A DNA stretch of 64,000 bases from Octopus vulgaris (GCA_951406725.2 OX597831.1:8680001-8744000); one strand, 5' to 3'; positions 38,301-55,810 are shown, counted from the first letter of the stretch. The notes: a model not told the origin generated them from the sequence alone. Numbers and translations: made by a program.

Positions 38301-39249
38301 GTGGATGCAACTCAAAATAAAGAAGACAACGACAACAGCAACATTAATAACTATTAGAATTAAAAAAAACGTTACCATGTCAACCATATTTATGAGTTGT
38401 CCGCGATACGAATTTCATTCACTAATTCAATTATTGCTAAATTTATTAATCGCAAATGAAACTCGTAATTCTATTAGACTTTATAAACACTAAATTGCGA
38501 GTCTCATAGAAAATGTATAACATTTTACGTTGAAAATCTCAGCGTTTAATTCATTCATAATTTTAATATTAATTTGATGAGACTTGTGTTACTAGCCTCT
38601 AGCTGGGTTGCAGAATAGGAGGGAATATTGAATTGATCGTAACCTCTGAACTGATGAACATTAACAAACATCAAACGGCTTTGGATAATACGGGAAAAAA
38701 ACAAAAACAAAAAACAGAAACACATTACAATCGCAGCTGCTATGATAGTGCAATCAGATGTGAATAGAAAAAGATAGCGGCGGTCAATGTCCGAATACAT
38801 AGCGATACTCTGAAGTTATCTTGTAGAAATCAGCTAAACTTGTTGCGTCCATTGAAATTCTCAAAACTCAAGTGTTAATACATACAAAGAAATGAAGCTC
38901 AGCCGAGTGAAAAAAATTTTAAGGATTTAGGGAAGTATTTACATAGATGTATTCTATTCACAAAAATCTTCTGCCCTTTTGATATGATGTGTGTATGTAT
39001 GTATGTTTGTATGTATGTATGTATGTATGTATGTATGTATGTATGTATGTATATATATATATATATATAATAGAAAATGTTACAAAAAGAAAATAGAAAC
39101 TACAGGTGGAAGTGTAAGGGGAAAATAAAAAGATAATAAAAGCGAAAATGCACATTGGAAATAAAAAAAAATAAAGGCTTTTTATGAAAAGTAACGTTAG
39201 ATATAAACAATTAGATGAAATGAGGTAGGAATAAAAGTAATCATTATAT

Positions 39250-39790
39250 TGGCCAAACAGGAATATCACTCCGTCGAAGAACAAATCGGCCACCTACAAC
39301 ACAGACAAATACAGGCCAGTGAACACATAGAAAGGTGTGCTAGGAATATTAATCGTAATTTCCTAATTTCCCCCTTCTATCAATGTTCACAGAACACCTC
39401 AGTACAGCAAAGAATGAATAAAAAGGTAACTTCCATCCATAAATATTTTCCACAACGCAATATGAACACATATAATACAGAACACTACTAACCTTTCAAT
39501 TAATACTACTAACCTCATACATCCCATACACCATTCACATTACAGATTTATATCTTACCCTATTTGCACCAAGTCCAGAACTACTTACCGTCCTTACACA
39601 TAATCTTTTTACTTACCTTCCTTACACATAATCTTTTTACTCGGAAATCAATGCGCATTCAAAGCAGTGAACGGAAATTTTACGAAACCGGTTTGCCTTT
39701 GAATCTCTTTAACAATTCACAATAATCACTTTTATTACTTTTATTCCTACCTCAGTTCATCGAATTGTATATATCTATCGTTACTTTCCA
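39250..39790 (+). mobile_element. Penelope-like 3' end: GIY-YIG C-terminal remnant plus decayed hammerhead
   Basis: QHRQIQASEHIERCARNINRNFLISPFYQC...IHKYFPQRN resembles a PLE endonuclease C-terminus. It is followed at 39657-39704 by TTCAAAG..GAAACCGGTT-TGCCTTTGAA. Confidence 0.55.
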
Positions 39791-39856
39791 TAAAAAAACT
39801 TTATTTTTTATTTCCAATGTGCATTTTCGCTCCTTTACTTCTTACTTCCCCACCCC

Positions 39857-40380
<524 letters not shown>

Positions 40381-40586
40381 GCTTTATTTGTAAGTTAAGG
40401 CAATCATTGGTTTCATGCAAAAAGTAGATTTCTCAGAAATTATTAAGACTGTGACTGATAAATCTTCTCTGTGCATAAAACCATTGGTAGCCTTGTTAAT
40501 CCACTAATAGAGAATATATGTCCACCAAGGCAGTGTTGAGCACTCATTCTCACTGTTCAATATTATCGTATATATATATCTATATC

Positions 40587-40698
<112 letters not shown>

Positions 40699-40760
40699 AA
40701 TGGCGGTGCCCCAGCATGGCCACAGCTCATAAGCTGAAACTAGAATCAATCAATCAATCA

Positions 40761-40834
<74 letters not shown>

Positions 40835-40844
40835 ATACATATAC

Positions 40845-40905
<61 letters not shown>

Positions 40906-41509
40906 CACAGGCATCTGGTAAATAAAAAATAACAACAAACGATAATTATATTAAAATAAAAAGAGATAAAAATGAAGTAATGGAGTATGTCTAAAATAGA
41001 TATTTTTCAACTTCTGACAACATTCTGTGGCTAGGGAGAACTTCCTGCAACTGTTGCATCGCAGGAATTGGTAGGCAAAGTGACGTCGATTCCCAAGTCT
41101 GTATATGATCAAACGGACAGAAAATTATAAATAAATCGATACATACGCCATCTACCAAAATAATATAAACTTGAAGCATTGAACAAATAACTAAGCTGTT
41201 TCTAGCCTAAATATCGGAATTTACGGCGCTCTTTTAACCCTTATCTATATTGATACAACCACCCGTATTATAAAAAAAATAATTTCAAGCGTACTTATTC
41301 TATAGATAGATAAATTTTCATTATATTTTCATAATTTCGAATTCATCCTTAAAAATCCTGCTTCAACATATACGAAAATAACTTCAACTCTACACCTGCA
41401 CGCATGCAAAGAAACCCGAATTATACATACATACATACATACATACATACATACATACATACATACATACATACATACATACACACACATACATACATGC
41501 ATACATACA

Positions 41510-41541
<32 letters not shown>

Positions 41542-41734
41542 CACACACACACATATATACACGTACATATATGCATGCATACATACATAAGCTCAAACAC
41601 ATATATGATTATAAACATTTGTATGTATGCATGTATGTATACATGTACACGTATGCATGCATACAGACACACAAACACACGCACATAAATATATGTAAGT
41701 ATTTATGTATGTGTTTGTATATATATATACAATA

Positions 41735-41783
<49 letters not shown>

Positions 41784-42547
41784 CGCACCTAAGGATAGAG
41801 AAGGGTGTCATAATATCCTGAGTTACGCGCTTACCGTTGTTCCTAAATTATTTTACGTACAATGTGTAGGAGGATGTTAAGTTTTATAAAAAAAATATGA
41901 ACTGATTAGATTTTGAATAAACACATTCTATCATTCTATTGAGAATAAAATAATCGAGGGGGTGTATACATACACACATACATGCATACATACATACATA
42001 CATACATACATACATACATGCATACATACATACATACATACATACATGCATACATACATACATATGTGTGTGTGTATTTGTGTGTGTGTGCATGTGTGTA
42101 TCTACTCATCTAAGTGTGTAACTCTTTGTGTGGTTATGTATATGTACGGGTTATACGTATCTGTTTTTGGAAACATGTTTGTTGTATAAATATGATGATA
42201 TAACAATGATATTTATAGTTTGAGTGGGCTGAGGAGAATGTATTTGCTATAGAATCTTCTGTATATGTGCAGTGCACGGGTATGTGTATGCGAGTGTATA
42301 TGGACACACAGATACAGACAGATAGACACACACACACACACACGCACATGCACCCATACATATCCTCACATATTCGTACCAATGCATCTATTCATCTCCT
42401 TATATTTGCTAGGAGAAAGCATGACCGTGTGCCAATAAGTTTGCTCCCCCAACCACATAGGCTCGGCTTCAGTCCCACCGCGTGACAACTTGGGTAAATC
42501 TCTTCTAACATCTTAATACATGTAATTCTTTAACAAAAGTAGTATTG

Positions 42548-42592
42548 ACAGTGACTTCGAAGTTTCGGCCTGCTAAGCCACCATCAGACTGT
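42548..42592 (-). ncRNA. Near-intact minimal hammerhead motif
   Basis: ACAGT-CTGATGG-T-GGCTT-agc-AGGCC-GAAAC-TTCGAA-GTC-ACTGT. Single core substitution (A9 to G), palindromic stem III ACTTCGAAGT, GUC site. Confidence 0.65.
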
Positions 42593-43859
42593 GGTATATC
42601 TGAGTTCATCTTGGCTGTATACAGTCACCATTGGGCAAATGGAGATCTGTTGAATGAAAATTATGTCGTGGGGTATGTTCCAATGGAAAAGTATCGTGGA
42701 AGAATTTTATTGATTAAGTTTGGAGTTGTTTTATTGTTCAGTATTCAGTGATATGTGTAGAGATTTGCATTCAGGTGTGTCTATGTGTCATTTTCAAGTG
42801 TAGGGGTTATATTTTAGGGTTTCACAAAAATATGTACGTTGGGCAAAAGGTTAGTTGGTCAGCAAATGTGTCATTAGGTTTAGTTGTTGGTACTTTTATT
42901 TGGATACTATTCAGGAATTTAACATTTTGTTTTGGAAGTGTAAAGTTAAAAGTTCGGAGTTTAGTCCAACGTTTAAATATTTGTAATTAGGTGCATTTAT
43001 TTAGGTGGATCAAGAAGTTTTAAGGATTCACAAAAGAATTCAAGTCGGTGGAAAGGTCAGCTTTTCAGCAGATTTCTCCACTTGTGAGTGGTCTTATTTA
43101 GATTTAAAACTCTGCCTCAAGACCTGAAGCTAACACCTAAATTTACTCTCAGTAGAACACTCGTATGTATGTATGTATGTATGTATGTATGTATGTATGT
43201 ATGTATGTATGTATGTATGTATGTATGTATGTATGTATGTATGTATGTATGTATTTATGTATGCATGTATGCAGTAGCGCCATAGACTAACAAGAACTAC
43301 CTATATTTTGTAAATGATGTGATTTAAAGAACCATACAATTTAGCGACGTTAAGGAAAGCAAAATCAAAAATATAAATTATTCTTAACTTCAAAAATAAT
43401 TTTTTCTGTTAGTAAGTATTTACTGTAAGTGTTTGATTTCAACAAATGGTAGAAGTATTGGCGTTGATTTGTATGTTTATTATGACTGTTCAAACGAACA
43501 GAAAATATACAAATCAGTCATAACATAAGCTTATATGTAAAAATAATACAAACGTCTGCTTTTAAATGAATGTTTTCAAACAGAAAGAGAGTAATTTTAT
43601 GGAGCACCTTTAACTCATATCAATAATAATATTCCCTTATCGTTAAAAAATATCGTTTTAATCGTATTTCAAACGAATTCTGGAGATGAATATTCCTTAA
43701 ATATTCATAATTTTGACTTTTCACGGAATAAACCACGGCGTTTTATTCAAGTTGAGTCGATAAGAAAATATGTGTGTGTGATATTTTGTATGTATGTTCG
43801 TACGTATATATGTATGCATTGATCTATCATATGTACATGCTTATATATGTGTTTATATG

Positions 43860-43894
<35 letters not shown>

Positions 43895-44646
43895 TCATCT
43901 CTCTGTACGTACATGTACATATATGTATATACACACATACTCACCTACATATCGAGACTTACACAACGTATGCAAATGATTTTTTACTTTCTACTCATGC
44001 ACACGCACACACACACACACACTCTCACATATATTTATCTATTCATGTACACACTCGCACACACACACGTACACATACTTGCATACACACACTCTCGCAC
44101 ACAGCATATACATCTAAATGACATAGACGTACACACACACACAGAATCGCATAGTTTGTTTAGATATTTTGCCTTTGAACTGTGTGTAGAAGCATAAAAG
44201 AGAAGTAAAAAAGACCAAAAAATAAGAAAAAGGACAAAAGAAAAACCCTCCGCAAAACACATTAAACCTCAAAACAGAAGATAAATTTTAAATATTAATT
44301 CTTAACAGTGCTCCAAGACTTTGTATACTGCATGAGAATATAGCTTATTTAGATAGGTTTCATGAACGATTGATACGTAGATCGATTTCATTACTGATTG
44401 GTACTTAATTTCACAATCCCAGGAAAATAAAAAGCACGGATGACCTTGAAGGGATCCAATATCGGAAAGTAATGAGGCGATGCTAAATGCCCAAAGGACA
44501 TTTCGCCTCGTTTCTGGGAATCGCGTCAATACTGGGTCGTCTAATACATGCATGCATACATACATACATACATACATACACACATACATACACACACACA
44601 CACACATATGTGTATGTGTATATATATATATTTATGCGCGTGTGTG

Positions 44647-44719
<73 letters not shown>

Positions 44720-44967
44720 ATGTATATGTATTTATGCGCGTGTGAGTATACATATGTATATATATTCATATACGCATAAACACGCGCGCGCGCACACACA
44801 CGCACATATATATATATATATGCATAGATAAATAGATAGATATGCATTCATATATGTATTTAAGTAAATGCATATAGGCACACATACACACACATATATG
44901 TATATACACATACACACATATATAAATATATAAACACGTAATTTATATACACATATATATGTATGTA

Positions 44968-45068
<101 letters not shown>

Positions 45069-45296
45069 TTATATATATAGTCTAATTAAACTGAGTAATT
45101 TCACGTCACTGCGAACATGAGGCGAATGCAGACTCACACACGAAATCACTCACTCACTCAGGTGCACACACGAACGCCCCTCGCCCCACACATGAAAATT
45201 CTTGAATCAAAGATCAAAAGACACCAGAAATATATGTAACATTTATTCATATATTCTTAGCTGAACTTGCATTCATCTGAGTTACCGTTTATATGT

Positions 45297-45394
<98 letters not shown>

Positions 45395-45684
45395 CTGCGT
45401 GTTTCCGTGTTTCTAAAGCTCAAATATATCTTTTTTTTTTTCCATTCAAAGCAATTCGTAGAAAAAAATGTGGTAAAAGTGGAAATTATAAAATTGTAAT
45501 TAATTTTCATCTAAAGAATCGAGAGTAAAATTTATGTGGAAATATTTTTATGGAATATCATTTCATATTTTTATAGTCCTACATCATAAAATTACTATCT
45601 TTATCCTTGTAACTGAGTAGATTTGTAAAATTCTCCCGTGTTTATAATATTCTATTTAGATATGGTGTATATTTTCGATGAAGC

Positions 45685-45916
<232 letters not shown>

Positions 45917-46324
45917 CCCCCGTTTGATGATACACAAAAATAGGAGCCAACGACAGTTCTTCTGCCGTTCTGCCGTTTCCTGCATGGAATCCTTAAATAA
46001 CATAAAAATGATGTTACATGTTGAAATGCATTTATTTCAGAATTGAAGAGATTTAAAAAAAAATTGTTTTAGTCGTTTACCTGTATAATATTTCATATCT
46101 AAAAATTATAAATCATTGCGTTCAACACGTGTGTGTGTAAGAGTGTCTGGTGAGTGTGTGTACGTGTGGGCTAGTATGTCTATGTTTGTTTGTGAGTGTA
46201 TGTATATATATATATATATATATAATTGTCAGTGTGCATTTATATTGAAGTATTATGGGAGTTGGTGTGTGAGTTTTTATGTGTCTGCATGAATATTTTT
46301 CTATCTGTGTACGAGAAAATTTTA

Positions 46325-46374
<50 letters not shown>

Positions 46375-46692
46375 CAATCCGTCGGTTACGACGGCGAGGT
46401 CTCAGCTGATACGATCAACGGAACAGCTTGCTCGTGCGATTAACATGTAAATGGCTGAGCACTCCACAGACACGCGTACCCTTAACGTTGTTCTCAGGGA
46501 GATTCAGCGTGATACAGAGTATGACAAGGCTGGTCCCTTTGAAATACAGGTACAACTCATTTTTGCCGGGTGAGTGGACTGGAGCAACGAGAAATAAAGT
46601 GTCTTGCTCAAGGACACAATGCGACCAGGGATTGAACTCACGACCTTACGATTGTGAGCCGAATGCCCTAATCACTAAGCCACGCGCCTTCA
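46375..46692 (-). mobile_element. tRNA-derived SINE, family 3, full length
   Basis: Minus strand GGCGCGTGGCTTAGTGATTAGG (A box), GAGTTCAATCC (B box), GTGTCCTTGAGCAAGACACTTT central domain. Homologous to 7395-7712. Confidence 0.8.
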
Positions 46693-46710
46693 CACACAAA
46701 CACACACACA

Positions 46711-46777
<67 letters not shown>

Positions 46778-46881
46778 TTATACATATAAATATCCTTGGC
46801 ACTTATGTGAATTTTTGCTAACATGGTAACTGTTTATTTATTTTTTACTGTGTTATTTGTAGATATTGAAAATATACATAC

Positions 46882-46952
<71 letters not shown>

Positions 46953-47138
46953 CATTCATGCATATTAGTGCATGTGCGCCATTTTGTGCAACTGCATTAC
47001 ATTCACGCACACTCACTCACACACACACACACACTCACACATATAGTATTTCTTCAATAAAATCAATACTGTTGATCAAGAACTGATATAGAATTCAAAC
47101 AACTTGATGTGTCTACACTACTCCATGGATGAAAGTTG

Positions 47139-47196
<58 letters not shown>

Positions 47197-47678
47197 AGAG
47201 AACAGATATTAACATTATTTGATTGTTTGTCTAAAGAATTTCTAATAGGGAATTTCTTATATGTTTATCCAAGATGTACAACTTGTAATTCCTATTACTA
47301 AATGAAACACGTGTAATGGTGAGTCGATGGCACCAAAAATTATCCAGAGTCCTGCTTTATTACACAACAGCTCTACAAACAACATTTCCGGAGTTTTCTA
47401 ATCTTATATGTACCCCACATTTATACAGCAACGACAACAACGCACTGGATTGCAATACTGGTATAAGCAGATGTGCTACAAGAGGACTGGGCTTTGATTT
47501 TGCCCTAAATACAATATTATGTACAAATAAGCAATTATGTATGCATGCTTCTTTTTATGTGTATATGTACGTATATATGTATAGAGGGAAATGGAACTTG
47601 GAAGTTGCCATACCCGTAACGAGTCGACTTCCATCATATGTATACACACACATACATATATACATATACATGCAAAGT

Positions 47679-47712
<34 letters not shown>

Positions 47713-47984
47713 TATGTGTATATGTATGTATATATATATATATACATGTATATGTATATATTTTTTTTATTTAGAGATAGTAGGCCCCTTCATCTCACCA
47801 TATAAAAAAAAAATTTTATTTTAAATACCTACTATTTTATAACTTGGCTACACGTGTTTCATGAGGTACATTTCCCGGTTCCTAAACCACTCCGTGTTTT
47901 GCTGGAACCCTTCTTAAAATATAACCCCAATCATCATGCCTCTATATCACTTTCTCATAGTTCAATACTATAAACTATATTTTA

Positions 47985-48111
<127 letters not shown>

Positions 48112-48159
48112 ATGTATATTCTTCTATATTTTTTATATATATTTTTATCGGATGAATGT

Positions 48160-48880
48160 GCGTTCATTCTTTATTTGGAGTAATTTCCAAAAATTTCTAA
48201 TGTCGTTCCTTCATTTACTTACATAAATTCTTATATGTATGAAAACTTGTATAGAAATAATCAGTATATGATTTAACTTATTAAACACAAGGAAAAGAAT
48301 CTGAAACTTCAGGAGTTTATTAAAAGTATTTATTAACTTAACAGGTTTGACCTATTTAAAAAAAAATTTCAAAAGTAAAGTTTGCGGCTTTGTGTATCCT
48401 CTGCGGTGTCAAAACATAGTTTATAAAAATGTATTCAAATCAAATGATAGAGTCTTTGACAATGATAAGAAAAAGTTTGAGGCTTTGTGTATCCTCGGTG
48501 ATGAGTCAAACAATAGTTTACAAAAAAACATTCAGATCAGGTAATATATTTTTTCAATATAAGAGGTTATTTTGGAAAGGGAAAGATATAAGAAGTATTA
48601 AGGGAAATAAGAGAATAAAAAATAAAGATATGTTGGATGTTAAAGTTGCAGTTCCATTACTCAAGGCAAGTGCTGTGGAGAATGGGTAAAGAGGCTTCTT
48701 ATCCATGGTATGTAAAATCCGATAGGAGTTCATAGTTTGTTATTACAAATGGATAGGGTATTTAACTCCCTCATATCGTCGCTGATGAAGGGATAGCCCT
48801 CAAATCCATGAAACAGCCGCAAGTCTATCTCTTTATAAATGTCCAAGAAATTTCGCATTGCCTTGGCTTTGTTCTCTCAT
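48160..48880 (+). mobile_element. Decayed Penelope-like 3' region ending in a hammerhead-like motif
   Basis: PLRCQNIVYK is weakly GIY-YIG-like. 48782-48821 reads CTGATGA-AGGGAT..ATCCAT-GAAAC-AGCC-GCA. Confidence 0.4.
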
Positions 48881-48922
48881 TTTCTTTACACACACACACG
48901 TACATACATACATACATACATG

Positions 48923-48967
<45 letters not shown>

Positions 48968-49084
48968 TATGTATATATATGTAGATATATGTACATTTAT
49001 ATATATATACATATATATACATATATATACATACATATATATATATATACACACATACATACATATATATACATATATATACAC

Positions 49085-49172
<88 letters not shown>

Positions 49173-49248
49173 TCACACACAGAGACGCAGAAACCTTACT
49201 CACGGGCAAACACTTTATATACTCCATACATATACATACATACGCACA

Positions 49249-49294
<46 letters not shown>

Positions 49295-50128
49295 CATACT
49301 CACACACAGAGACGTACAAACCGTACACACGGGCAAACACTTTGTATACACCATACACCTAGTGTCCTCTCTAATACGTCTTCTGTGATAATGAAAATCT
49401 GTCATTCTTTTCTCTTCGTTTCCTCTTTTCCTTTCTCTTCGTCATTAATCTCAATTTAACAATATCTAATCGTTCCAATGGATATCATTATATCATTTGA
49501 TATTTATATTTTAGAGGAGATATCTACATTGATATCTATTATTCGTTTATTTATTACGGAGTTCGCTGACAAAATGGAAGTCCATTGACTCTTGCATAGA
49601 CAACCGAGTTTTAAGTAGGTTCCTGAGAGAAAAGTTCACTATTCTGTCTGCTAAACAATTATTTTATTGCTTTTTGACCTCACTGTCACAATACTGTGTC
49701 AGACATTTATGAAGTAATATAGAGCTTATGCAGGGCTGTTTATAGGTGCAGGCATATAGGTGCATGCTTAAGTATCTAGCTTTGCAGCCACCAGTATTCT
49801 GTTTCGGTCCTACTGCAAGGCATCTTGGATAAATGTTTTCTACTATAACCCAGGGCCGACCAATGCGTTGAGTGGGAATTTAGTAGATAAAAACAGTGTC
49901 ATTCTCACACACATACACACAGAGACACACACACATACACACATAGACACACTCACATACAAACAGACACGCACACACAACACACCCTGCCTGTCTGTCT
50001 CTCTATATATCTTTATCTATCTATCTGCCTCTTCTTCTCTCTCTCTATGTATCTCTCTGTCTGTGTCTCTCTCTATAAATGTATGTATGCATCTGATATG
50101 TGTGTGGCTATTTATATAGAAAGAGAAT

Positions 50129-50181
<53 letters not shown>

Positions 50182-50221
50182 AGTTATGCAAATATAGAGA
50201 TAAACATAGAAAAGTTGGTTT

Positions 50222-50583
<362 letters not shown>

Positions 50584-51073
50584 TGACAGAAGGAAATGGG
50601 AGAAGTTCTCTATGTACCGAGAGAAAAGTAAATATCTCTCTCACTCTCTCTCTTTCTCTCTTTCTCTCTCTCTCTCGAAGAAAGGATCGAATAGTGTACT
50701 TTTACCCAGTTGTTACAGGCTAGAACAGGCTGAAGCAAAGTGAAGCAAAACGCCTTGCTCAAGGAAATAACGCACCTTTTGGACACCAATTTGAACTCGC
50801 AACCTCATGATTCTGAACCAGACATGTGACTGAGCCATGTGGGCCTTCAGTGTAGGACATCGTAAGAGTTTGCAGCAAAAGAGTGGGAAAACTAAAACAT
50901 GAGGCGGTTAGGGTTCAATGGTTAAGAAGCTCTCTTTGCAACAAAGCGCTTTCGTGTTCAGTTACATCACTGGTTGTCCCGCGGTGATGGAGGGCGCGGA
51001 TGAGAAACACAAGCACGCATATACCCTAACTCCCTCTCTCTCACACACAAACACAGATACACATACATACATT

Positions 51074-51104
<31 letters not shown>

Positions 51105-51125
51105 ACATAAGGGACTAAAGCCATC

Positions 51126-51157
<32 letters not shown>

Positions 51158-52388
51158 CGCACGCGATACGATGTGCTTCCACTCAGTTTCGTTTGTCAAA
51201 TTCAATTACAAAGCACTGGCTGCTTTGACCTGTACTAAAATATACTTGTCCAAGACGTTGTGCAATAGCACTGAACCCGAAATCCCTTTGTTGCAAACTG
51301 GGATTTTAAACTACACACCCATATCTGTCCCTACAGGTCTGAGCAAAGTTTTTTGTTTCTGAGAAACTAACAGCTGCTCATGCAAGCAAATTTTCCATTG
51401 TAAGGGAGAGACTACTTTTCGTCATAAGAATCGTTGCAAAAAGGGGCTGTCGGAACGCGAGGGATCTCATGGAATCCCAAACAGTCCCGCTAATCTACTG
51501 CTCTAGATTGATGCTATTTTCTTTTATCGACTGTGAATGGTTGAAAAGCAAAGCTAACAAAGGCAAAATTTGAACTCAAGACTCAACTAGTCGTAACTAA
51601 TATCACGAGACATTTTATCCAACAGTGTAATGGCTCTGCCGATTCGTCGTCTTATCGCAGAGGAAGTTATACGATCATTCTCAGTAATTTATGTTTTGTG
51701 AAAGAGGAAATTAACATTCTGAAAATCAAAGAAAACTTGAAGGAACGTGACTTGAAAGAGATTTGACAGCTATTTTTAACATGTCAAGCAGCAGTGCCAA
51801 AACTCAATCATTGGCTCAGATATATTTTTTTTAATAAACGATATTATAACATATAATCAGTTCGATCAGCTTTAATTACAGTTAGTGAGACCAATAACTA
51901 ATCAAATGTCAACTTGTTCAAGAGGGTTTATTTCCATCCCCTGCAATCTTAGGTGAAAGAGGAATTTTGTTAGTTTTATATTTCAAGAAACTAATTATTG
52001 CCTGTAAAATAACTTAACACACATTAGCATGAAAATTATAGATGTTGAAGCTTAAATGTCATCTTCCATCAACTTACATATTCTTGATGGTCTTCTAATT
52101 TTAAACGCGCACGTGCGCACACACAGAGATAAATACACACATATATGCATATACACACTTATATATATATATAGATCCTGCTTACGTATATACATAGATT
52201 CATTCCTATATATATGCGTACGTACATACATATACAACACACACACAGACACACACACACATATATATATGCACACAATCATACATTCATTCAAACATAC
52301 ATACGTACAAATATATGCATATGCATACGCACAACGCGCACATATATCTCCACCCATTTTTGTACATACATTAAATAATACATATTGA

Positions 52389-52446
<58 letters not shown>

Positions 52447-52897
52447 CATAGGTATATATTTATACATATAATATGTATTATATATATATATATAATATAA
52501 AATATGTATTATATACGTGTATATATATATATAATATATAATATATGTATTATGTATATGTATATATATATATATAATATGTATTATATATATGTATATA
52601 TATAATATATAGTATATGTATTATATATGTATATATATATATGATACATTATATATATGTATATATATATAAATATATATAATATATATATTTATGTATA
52701 TATGTATAATATATATGATATATATATTATATATGTATATATGTATAATATATATATATATATATAAATATTTGCGCATACATATTTGCACATGCATATT
52801 ATACGAATATTCACTTACGCTTACATGTATTCATGCATACTGAATTGAGCATATATACAAGCAAGAATGCAGTTAAACATATATACATACATTCTCA

Positions 52898-53165
52898 ACT
52901 ACCTACCTACCTACCTACCTACCTACCTACCTACCTACCTACCTACCTACCTTCCTACCTACCTACCTACCTACCTACCTACCTACCTACCTACCTATAC
53001 ATACATACATACATACATACATACATACATACATACATACATACATACATACATACATACATACATACATACATACATACATACATACATACATACATAC
53101 ATACATACATACATACATACATACATACGTACATACATACATACATACATACATGCATACATACA
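52898..53165. repeat. (CCTA)n-(CATA)n compound tetranucleotide repeat
   Basis: Directly visible. Confidence 0.95.
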
Positions 53166-53417
53166 TAATTGCATTCATATATGCATCTATATATAAATAC
53201 ATCCATATATACATAGATGCACATGTACCAATACATTCACGAGAACACAACTTTGGTTTTAATCCCCCCTTACACTATCTACATTCATTCATGCATATAT
53301 ATCCACAGTATTGCGTGCATGCATATATATATATATATATATATATATTCATGCGTACATGCGTGCCTATTTGCATTTATTCATACTTATATATAAATAT
53401 GTATATATATAATTATA

Positions 53418-53465
<48 letters not shown>

Positions 53466-53667
53466 AATGCCTGCAATCATAAATAAGATATCATTAAATA
53501 CATTATGCATACATGTTCTTCATTTGCACGTATATGGCATCATTCAATAGCAAGTCTTTAACGCAGGTCAAAGCGACATCTAGCGAGCTACTGACGTCTA
53601 TCATTTCATTTAAAACTTTCCTCGAACTGATAATTTTCGAAGATTAAATTCCACTTGGGATATCATG

Positions 53668-53733
<66 letters not shown>

Positions 53734-54023
53734 GCTCATTCACAATATATAACAATAGAAAATAACTATCAGAGTGATTTTGAGGAAAACTGGTTTACAT
53801 TTTCTCTAAAAAGAGAAGTTCTTGTAATATATTGAGCTCCATTGCATTTAATGTAATTTTCTTTCACTAAATCTCATAACCGATATATTCCAGTTTTGTA
53901 TCTGCCAACATAAATCAGGGATTTTAATTTGAAAGAAAATTTATTTGGAAATAGAAAAGTAAAAAGTGGGTGCCGAAAACCTGGAATTCGATTAAGATAA
54001 ATAACTGAGAGAACGATGGGAAA

Positions 54024-54095
<72 letters not shown>

Positions 54096-54264
54096 CATTT
54101 TCTTTGTTTTGTGTATGCTTGCGTTAATTGCAAAGAAGCACGCAATGAGGGAAAAGGGTGGAATAAAAGTAAAATTGACACCCGATTTGGCCGTTTTGGA
54201 AATAATCATGCAAGGAAATCCGAAGACTTTCTCCACTCTATATTTGTTTTAACATGTGAACAAA

Positions 54265-54394
<130 letters not shown>

Positions 54395-55352
54395 CCTACC
54401 TACCTACCTACCTATCTATCTATCTGTCTGTCTGTCTGTCTATCTGTCTGTCTGTCTATATGCATACATACACACATACATATATATGCACACATATATA
54501 TGTATGTATGTATATATATAAATATATATATATATATATGTGTGTGTGTACGCATACACATATGTATATATAAAGTATTTCTTTGTCTTATTTGGATTAT
54601 ATATGGGTGTGTGTGTGTGTGTGTGTGTGTGTTTGTATCTTTGACATGAAATCCGTTGTAGCGACGAAGACAAAAAAGGAAAAGGGTGGACATATAAATA
54701 ACAGTTAATAGTAAGAAAGACAAAAGTACAATACGGAAAAAATCTATGGAAATAAATAAAGTGAAAACCATCCTCCAGGAACAGCACATTTAAAATAATA
54801 TTAATGCACATGCTAACTAAAATAACCAATCTGAAAAAGACTATCACCCTGAGATAACATACTTGAACCTTCGTGACACAAGATCGTGACGTTAGTGAGA
54901 ATGATGTCAGTGGCGTTTCTATTATTTCAGAGATTTTGATGATTTTAGTATTTCTTTGGATAACCTTGCGGTCATCAATGGCCTGAGTATTAACTTCGGT
55001 AAAACAGGTCACGATATCGTGGCAAGAAAGTTTGGCCTCAAAATAAATTAGCTTTTCGCGGGGTGGAGGAGAAAAACAAAACAAGACAGAAAGAATGAAA
55101 AAAAAAAAATAATAGTTTATTATCTCGGCAATGTAATGTTTGTTTTCTGTAAATTTCGTAGAGCCTAGTTTTATTAAAATTACGATATTTTAAATATCAT
55201 TTGAAATGTATTAAGTATTCAGTCAAAAGCGCGCGGACACACATATATGTCGTGTGCATGAGTGTATTTTTATGCATATGTATATATGCACGTATATATA
55301 CACATATATGTAAAATCTCTATATATAATATATGAAAAATGCCTGTCGTATA

Positions 55353-55383
<31 letters not shown>

Positions 55384-55408
55384 TATTTTTTTTTCGTAAA
55401 CCTTCCCG

Positions 55409-55449
<41 letters not shown>

Positions 55450-55485
55450 GCCTTTCGTATATATGTTTATATATAATAATAATAT

Positions 55486-55810
55486 TAGGGAGTATAACTC
55501 CGATCTTACAGGGAAAAATTCAGTTTTGTATTAAATCAAATTTCACAATATAAATATATAATATATATAAATTAGAGAAAAACTACTATTATGTAATCCA
55601 AACAATGATAGACATAAACCAAATCATAAAGAAAAAAATATTATAAAACATAACTAGATCACAAAAAGTACAAAAAATGAATAAACAATATATAATAAAT
55701 AAAAAGACTGCGTACATTTCGTGGCTATAACTTCAATTCGAATTACAATTAAATTTAAATTTAATCGAAAAACAATTCAATTTAAAAGTATATTCACTCC
55801 TTAGGTCAAC
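55486..55810 (-). mobile_element. Penelope-like pseudo-LTR fragment (relative of the 28-kb element)
   Basis: TTAGGGAGTATAACTCCGATCTTACAGGGAAAAATTCAG matches the reverse complement of 28395-28452. Decayed hammerhead GAC-CTAAGGA-GTG..CAC-GAAAT-GTAC-GCA-GTC on the minus strand. Confidence 0.6.

Noticed and set aside
54440-55084. 214-aa minus-strand ORF
   Set aside because: The C-terminal part is microsatellite, and the rest has no recognisable motif.
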